A stretch of DNA of 64,000 nucleotides. Origin: Eledone cirrhosa. Its lineage: Eukaryota. Made by a program: the position numbers and the translations under genes. Below, piece after piece: positions 56,086 to 64,000 of the stretch. The stretch spans positions 8,370,001-8,434,000 of the forward strand of contig OZ024751.1 in the NCBI GenBank assembly GCA_964016885.1. Reading direction: 5' to 3'. Below the pieces are notes generated by a model, which was given only the letters and a program-made list of their open reading frames with translations, did not search any database and was not told where the DNA came from. Each line of letters opens with the position of its first letter. Position 1 is the first letter of the stretch.

Positions 56086-57004
56086 AACATAAGCATACAT
56101 ATAAATGTATGCGTATGCACATACATACATTTATGCACATACATACATAAACACACTTATGCTCATGTATACATAAACACATATATACACTTACCAGTCA
56201 GCGTGTTGAAAATAATTTTAGTTCTTCTTAATGCAGAAATTTGATTTTACACACTTTTTATCTATTTCCTTATTGTTTATCTGATATCAAATGTGTGTAT
56301 AACTATAACATCTTTGGTTACCTGTATCCCAACAAGTCAATCGGTGTAAATCTGTTTTATATGCTGAGTGAATTCAGTGTTGTACTTTAACAATACTATA
56401 TTTCAATCACATCGACTACGTAGAATCTCTAACAGGCAATATTTAACTTACGACTGGTGAACAAATGCTTAACAAGCCATTCATTTGATATACAAAGGAG
56501 AATTTGTATGTCTCCGGTTCTGCAAAAACACACGGACTAAGCGTCTTTCCTGTTATGCAAAAGAATAATCAAACAGCGTCAAAATATTCGTGATGGAAGC
56601 AGTAAATAAGTCCTCTTCAGTAGCGACATTACTACATGTGTGGAAAAAAACAAATGAAAGCCACTCACTGTTTGTATAAACTTACACACACACCACAGAA
56701 TAAAATAAAAATCATAACATTTCAAAAATAACTTATTTTAAAAGGCAGATAAATGTTACATTAACTACGATTCGGTAATTTGAGAATTCAATAAAATATT
56801 TTCTCCAAATTTTCAAATTTTTGTAGAGGTATTTTATAACTGTAACACCCGCCCCTGACACACACACAAGTGCATACACAAATACACACACACTCGCACA
56901 TGTGCATACACACATATACATATACACTTATATGGAACATTTCACTTTACAATCATCTGTATTTTTCTTTTCATTTATATTGTTATTATTACTAAACCAC
57001 CCAG

Positions 57005-57222
57005 GTCAGTAGATTGGAAGTGTCGGTAGAGCGTCGGAAGCTTTGTGGATTGTAGCAACGGCTCTTTACGTTCTGAATTTAAAACACCCCTAGGTTTCCT
57101 TTGCCTTTCATCCAATTGGGGTTGATAAAATAAATTACCAGTAATGCACTTGGGTCGATTAAATCAAATTTCCCCTCCTCCAAAATTGATGGGATTGTGC
57201 CTAATTGGGAGACTATTATTAC
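57005..57222 (+). mobile_element. Older long-form OK-like SINE
   Basis: Diverged A and B boxes; retains the GGGTCGATTAAATC...CCCCTCCTCCAAAATT segment. Confidence 0.8.
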
Positions 57223-57918
57223 TACACTACTAATCAGAATAAATTTTAGAAAAGAACTTAAACTTTCCACTCAATTGAGCAAAAACACCCTCATACGTAA
57301 CCACATATCTTCCACCGTCTAAAAGTCCAAACCGGGAATACCATAAAAAATAGTTCCCCAAAACGAAGAGAAATGAGGCAAAATGTCAATATTTTACACA
57401 ATGAAAGCTATACCTATTTTCATACGAGAAGACATCTCTCAGCTACCTCAAAGTGTTTCAGAGATCTCCCTGTCGGACGGGGAGAGTTGACACGTCTGCA
57501 ACCACACTTCGTAACCCTGTACTGTTGAGTGAATTTCACATTGAATAAAACAAACTCTAGTGTTAATCTCTAAAGTATCAATTGAATCATGTAGTGTTCA
57601 ACTCATCCCGAATCCGAATACTCATCACACCAAATACATAAAGGTATATATAAGGAGCTCATTCAGTTCAAAATAACCATATATGTATTAAATTGCAAAC
57701 ATGAACATTTATTGAAGAAAATAATAGGATTCTCGTTATCATTCGAAATAGGTAAATATATTTGATAATATATAAATATAATATTATTCTTGAAATACAC
57801 CTCTGTGGATTTCCACTTTTATGTTTTGCTACTCTCTATCTCCCTCTCTCTTTCTTTCTCTCTCTCTCCCTTTCTCTCTCTGTATATACATAAAAGCGTG
57901 TGTGTATGTGTGTGTGTA

Positions 57919-57959
<41 letters not shown>

Positions 57960-58090
57960 ATGTGTGTATGTGTGTGTGTGTGTGTATGTGTGTGTGTGTG
58001 TGTGCGTGTGTGTATAGAGAGAGAGAATGAGAGAGGTATGTACCCGACTGCTACGCCACGTTTTTCGGTTTGAATTCAGCAAACCTTTTC

Positions 58091-58125
<35 letters not shown>

Positions 58126-58220
58126 CGTGTGTATACATACGTAAGGAAGAAACATTGTTAGCCAATAAAAATATTTTGATCTTGTAGACGCTCTTGTGTT
58201 CTTTTTCATATACTTGAATA

Positions 58221-58375
58221 TCTATATATATAAAACAAAGAATGTCTGTGTATCTGTTTCCCTAAAACTCGAGAAGTACCCAACCGTTTTTTTACAAACT
58301 TTACACATGTAATACGTATGACCATGTGAGTGTTTTGAGCAAAAGAATGTTCAAATTATTTAGTCCTAGGGATCG
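58221..58375 (+). mobile_element. Non-autonomous Helitron 5' end
   Basis: A|TCTATATATATAAAA start, followed by sequence homologous to ~59815-59965. Confidence 0.6.
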
Positions 58376-58587
58376 AATGAGTGAAGTGGCCAATGTCTGT
58401 ACATAATGAGGGAGTGAGAGGAGAGAGAAAGAAGCGGAGAGGCGATGTGACGAAGTGGCTCTCTATTCCTCCTCCTCCATCTCTCCATTCGCCACAGCGT
58501 TTTTCGATAGAGGGGAGAAATGTGACTGAGTTATAAAGAGAAAGAGTGAGAGTGCAAGAAACAGACAGACTAAAAGAGGGGGATAGC

Positions 58588-58620
<33 letters not shown>

Positions 58621-59022
58621 TGACAGACGCTGTTTTTGATACATGACAGTGGTGTGTGTGTGTGTCTGCGTGCGCATGTGTGTGTGTTCGTGCAGCGTTC
58701 CACTAAGAGTTAAATATATTAACATGTGTGTGTACGTGCACACGTGTGTGCGTGAGTTTGCGTGCGTTTGCATGCGTGCGTGTGGCGTTTCACTTACGCC
58801 ATTTTTTTCAGTGACAGTAGTTGTTGTAGATGATGATTTATTTATAACCTACAACTTAACTGTAAATGATAATGGAAAACCAAGTAAAAGAAACTTAGAA
58901 AGATAAACACTAACTCTCATTTTCTTCAAATCACAACCTAGATTCAGACTGCTACATTTCTACCGGAGCAAATCCTACACAGAAAATATATGATGGCTTC
59001 AACAACAACAACAACACATTAT

Positions 59023-59557
59023 GTGGATTGGCAGTATCGGTAGAGGGTCGGACGCCATGCTTTCCAGCATAGTTATGTCCCTTTACGATCTGAGTTCAAA
59101 TCCCGCCGAGGTTGACTTTGCCTTTCATCCTTACGGGGTCGATAAAATAAAGTACCAGTAATGCACTTGGTAATTGCTGGCCTTGTGCCTAAAGTAGAAA
59201 CAATTATATATCGTTATTAGAGTTACGGTCCTTGCCATTCTGAGTTCAAATGCCGCCGAGGTTTACTTTGCTTTTCATCCTACGGGGTCGATAAAATAAA
59301 GTACCAGTAATGCACTGGGTAATTGCTGGCCTTGTGCCAAAAGTAGAAACAGTTATTATAGCATTGAGGGGTGGTGAATTGGCAGTATCAGTAGAGGGTC
59401 GGACATGCTTTCCAGCATAGTTACGTCCCTTTACGATCTGAGTTCAAATCCTGCCGAAGTTAACTTTGCCTTTCATCCTTACGGCGTCGACAAAATAAAG
59501 TGCCAGTAATGTAATGGGTTATTGCTGGCCTTGTGCCTAAAATAGAAACAGTTATTA
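59023..59557 (+). mobile_element. Head-to-tail trimer of OK-like SINEs
   Basis: Units 59023-59207, ~59218-59358 (5'-truncated) and 59367-59557; the third is flanked by a TAGCATTGA duplication. Confidence 0.93.
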
Positions 59558-59744
59558 CTAGCATTGATATCAGTAAAGTTTTTATTTCTCTTTCTTGTTA
59601 TCCATTCATATAAACATATTCACTAACTTACACTTATTCCAACCGCTGCTCTTACTCCGGTCAAGACGGCACTCATGGCTTAGCAATTTCATAGTCAACC
59701 GTTCGGAAATCACCTCAGTTTTCTCTTTTTAGATAGATACATAC

Positions 59745-60431
59745 ATATAACGTCACGCCCTTATAATATCTGTCTGTATGTCTGACTGTATGCATTACGT
59801 CACTTCCCTGAGGATGTCTGTGTGTGTGTGTGTTTGTCTGTGAGTTTCAATCTCTAAAACTCGGGAAGTACTCAACCGACCTTTTTCAACCTTTACATGT
59901 GTATTACTTATGTTTCAGGGAGTGTTACGCACATAAAAAAATTCAACTTTTTGATACCCTAGGGCCCGCATTAGGTGAAAAACTTCGTTTTTTTCAGATT
60001 TGTATGGGTTTTTTGAGGCGTTACGTCAGACTGATTTCCTTGAAATTGTAACTATGTATTAGTCAGAGTCGTCTTCATACCGCGAGCAAAGAAAATCCAA
60101 CTTGTTTATGGCCTAGGGCCCGCATTAGGTGAAACACTTCCTTTTTTCAGCTTTTTAGTGCTTTTTTAAGGCCTTACGTCTAGTCGATTTTCCCTGAAGA
60201 TTCAAGGCATATTATGCACATAAAAAAATTCCTTTTCTTGATCCCCTAGGGCCCGCATTGGGTGAAAACCTGCATTTTTCCTGTTTCATCGTTAAAGATT
60301 CTCCAGCCATCAGAGTATTCGGTTTATTTTCTTTACATAGTGTCCAGGCATGCAGTTTTTCCACGATTAGGTCTGTTGGCGGCCCGCGTTCCAACATACC
60401 TTATCGCGTGCAATGCCGGGTACCACTGCTA

Positions 60432-60432
<1 letters not shown>
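59745..60432 (+). mobile_element. Non-autonomous Helitron body and 3' end, with three internal repeats
   Basis: Three copies of CCTAGGGCCCGCATT(A/G)GGTGAAA (~59957, ~60112, ~60246); terminus CGCGTGCAATGCCGGGTACCACTG-CTAG|T into (TA)n. Confidence 0.65.
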
Positions 60433-60492
<60 letters not shown>

Positions 60493-61076
60493 CGTTTTTA
60501 AGCATGTCTGCATGTATGATGTATATATGTAATTGTGTATGTATGTTTATGTGTGTGTGCGTGAATGCGTGTTTGTGTTTGAATGTGAGAATGTGTACAC
60601 GCACGTCGTTGCCATTAATCTGAAATATTCACCCTATTCCTACTAATTATATATGATGTGGCTGCTTTGTTTCGTAGTTATACTACAAGCCTTACATATT
60701 TGATACTATTTATAAAGCCGGATGATAAAAAAAAAGAAACCTCCCTTATTGAGATTCTGATTGCTAATGTCGAATATATATTTGCTGTGGAGTTTTGGAC
60801 TAAGAGCAAAGAGTGAGGGCTTTATTTCGGTTGCACTATACCAGAGTCTTGCAACGCGCATCTTTCAATCCAATATGGAAATGGAATTGACTTAAAATGT
60901 CGATTATATGATGCGAATGCTGTGATGAGACAATAGACCACTTGGTTTCAGTTTGCAAGTTATTGGCTCACCAAATGAATCATGATAGAGTGGAACAATA
61001 CTTATTGTGGCTAATGTGTAATGTGCTGGTCTTGAGCCAAATATGTATTTGTCGGCTATACTCATTTGGAAACATA

Positions 61077-61126
61077 GTAATGTACTGGGTAATTGCTGGC
61101 CTTGTACCTAAAGTAGAAACAATTAT
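61077..61126 (+). mobile_element. OK-like SINE 3' fragment
   Basis: GTAATGTACTGGGTAATTGCTGGCCTTGTACCTAAAGTAGAAACAATTAT. Confidence 0.8.
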
Positions 61127-62319
61127 GTTGCTTTTACAGCTGTTGATGAAAAATTATTTTCACTGATGTTGATGTTGTCGATAGTGTTGTTATTGTTTCC
61201 GTCACAACTATTTTTTGGTTTACTTCAGTTATATTGTTGTATTGGGGTTAAATGATACGAGACGAACCAGCCACGCTGTGACGGTTGTCATATATTTTAG
61301 TACATCTTTCATCATTAAATTTATTTCCACTTACGAATAAGTTGGCTTAATATAATGTATGTATATTTAGATAAGCTCATTTGAAATTCTAAACTAGTCA
61401 TTCTTTATCGCATAATATATTGTATCAACTTCTGTAAAGCTGATATAATACAGCGCTGGTCATAAGTATCCTAATTATAACATTAATTAAATCAAATTCC
61501 TGCTGCTGTCTTACTTATACTGATATTAATTCTTCTTATAATATAATCCTATAGATAAATGTATTGATTGATTAGTTTATGTGCTAGGAAAAAGAATCCC
61601 TTAGAGTGTGGATCATGCTAAAATGTTTACCAATGAATAGAGCATGGCTAATATCCTTTATATTTGAACTAATCACTTTTGAAAAGAAAAGCTATATAAA
61701 ATCTTGATTTTCAGATATATTTATTCTGAGACACAAGCATGGCGGACAATGGGAAACCTAAATAAAATATAAAGAAAATTATATAGTAAATGACGGTAAA
61801 TTATATGCAAAGAATTGAAGATGGAAATAGGGATTATTTTATGTGCATGCAAGCACGTAAATATACGAGGGAATGGAAGATGTTTTATATAATTAAACAA
61901 TTTTGTGCATGGAGCAATAAAAACAGAGAGAAGTCGGATAGGTAGTCAATTAACATATATGTAAATGACTCTGTAATCTGGAAGAATCTTCAGAACTATA
62001 GCAACAATAGCAACATTAACAAGAACTATAGATACAACCATATCAGCAAATTAGTGATGGATAAATATGAGAAACATGACATTTATTCGATTTTACATTA
62101 GTTGAAATATCTCCCTTCTTCCAAATCTTATTTCATAGGAGTATATATATATATATATATATATATGGGGCGTTGTAGGGGTGTGTGTCTGAGTGTGTGT
62201 GTATGTGTGTGTGTGTTTGTGTCTGCTTGCATTTATTCTTTGTATTCTCACACTCATTGTACATGGCAGTACACTCACTTTCAGGTACACGTTCAATTAT
62301 ATAAATAGTATATATACGT

Positions 62320-62373
<54 letters not shown>

Positions 62374-62545
62374 TAATATTCAGAGGGGGCTGTGTGTCTA
62401 AGCAATATTTATTGTCCTTTATCTTAGTTGGTAGGGCTATGTTCTCTGCCCAATAATAAACCTATGCACTGTTCTATTAGCTTTCACATTGACGTGTTTT
62501 GTTAGATGTTTTCTTCAAGTTCTTTCCTAATTCCCCTCATTATGA

Positions 62546-62642
62546 CCGCCGAGGTTAAATTTGTCTTTCATCCTTATGGGGTCGATAAAATAAAGTACCA
62601 GTAATACACTGGGTCCTTGTGCCAAACAGTAGAAACAATTAT
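62546..62642 (+). mobile_element. OK-like SINE, 5'-truncated
   Basis: CCGCCGAGGTT...GGGTCGATAAAATAAAGTACCAG...GTAGAAACAATT. Confidence 0.85.
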
Positions 62643-62704
62643 GAGACTGTTGTATGTTGTTAAGTCCATTCTGTACGAATTGCCAGTCTTCTCTGCATGT
62701 GCTA

Positions 62705-62756
<52 letters not shown>

Positions 62757-63486
62757 TGGTAGTTCTTTTTTTTTATTTGGGTTTAATTTTATATTATATA
62801 TGGTTTTATTTTCTATAACAACCGTCATATAATAAGAACGCTAGACAAGTAGGATCATTTATTCAAACACGGACATACTTTTGTGAACACATATGCAGAC
62901 ACAATATTATTCAACATGATTTCAAATTAATATATCCATTAAAAATTCTGAGACATCTATTTCAGTCAAGCTGAATAATATTCTTCTCATCGTGTATTCA
63001 AAATCCCGAACAAAGTTATATGTTTTCTTATGTGTGTGTTATAGTTGAACATAAATGCATGTTGCTTATAATTTCCTATTTATATGACACACACATATAT
63101 ACTAATATATATATATATATATACATATATACAGATATATAGATTTAGATATATATACATCTGTATATATATATATATATATTTATGACATATTTTACGT
63201 TTATAATACCATTTCCTCATCTATGCTTGACAAAGAATGTATTTCCTCCAATTATTGTTAAGTTTACCTCGCCAACTCATTAGCGAAAAGAATTATTTCA
63301 TTCCTTTTGTTTTCAATGAAACAATATTCAAACTAAAATGTTATCTACTTGATATCTATATACTTTGATAAACTTGCTTTACTGATCAGATCTATGGAAG
63401 CAACTATAATCACCGTTATTATAGAAGTGAATTGTACAAACAAAGAAAAGCTATATTAGTTAATTTCGTAAATTTATTCTGTTATA

Positions 63487-63679
63487 TACGAGGTGTTGTT
63501 CAAAGGTCACTTGTTGGAAGCTCAACAATACGAGTTCATTTCACAGGGCTGCGCAAAGCTGAAGGACGCTTCAATAATTGTCTACCTCTGAGGGGGGAAT
63601 ATATTGAATAACATTTTATTTAACGGATCCTCCTATATTTTTTTACCCAAAGTCAGAAATCTTTCTGCGCCACCCCGTA
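63487..63679 (+). mobile_element. Internally deleted mariner-like DNA transposon remnant
   Basis: Imperfect TIRs TACGAGGTG...CACCCCGTA; transposase C-terminus ...GEYIE* (~63593-63610). Confidence 0.55.
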
Positions 63680-64000
63680 CACATTAGAAAGTTCAAGATA
63701 TGAATGCGAACTACACACATAATTATTCGCTTCTATATAGGGCCAGTATTTTACATTCATTAACGTTTATCGGTAAAACATAATTTCATTACAGTTCTTT
63801 TTTTTCCGAGTATATTTACTAACTAACTTAGAAGATTTATCTATTAATCTTGTATCTTTCCTTTGTTTAATTATGTACCAGTAAGACACAATATGATGAC
63901 GTAAAATATGTTCATATCAAGTTTATAGAATATGTGTATGAACATACTTAACTATTGCTTTCTCATAGCCGTCACTCTCTTATGTTTTACATTCTTTATT

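Noticed and set aside
59023-59557. tRNA genes or a CRISPR-like array
   Set aside because: The A/B boxes belong to SINE heads with no cloverleaf; the repeats are whole SINEs without unique spacers

Overview
AT-rich, microsatellite-dense, essentially gene-free animal DNA. The dominant tRNA-derived SINE resembles the octopus OK family, so the source is probably an octopod cephalopod (inference). I can support no intact host gene, and nearly all listed ORFs are microsatellite artefacts or transposon debris. Recognisable elements: (1) four decayed Penelope-like elements (PLEs), one flanked by ~750-bp inverted pseudo-LTRs; (2) R4/Dong-type, RTE and Tx1-like LINE fragments, with the R4 and Tx1 pieces clustered at (TTA)n; (3) about 15 SINE copies, several with clear target-site duplications (TSDs); (4) Helitron ends, a mariner remnant and a probable solo LTR; (5) a possible, heavily decayed NACHT/NLR-like pseudogene on the minus strand at ~7.9-10.5 kb. 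The most notable signal is non-coding: at least five unrelated hammerhead-ribozyme (HHR) motifs sit next to (TA)n tracts. They include a 446-nt tandem retrozyme-like repeat and a fold-back carrying a giant-stem-II HHR on both strands, together with several other long inverted duplications. All motif and family calls were made by eye, without database searches or RNA folding.
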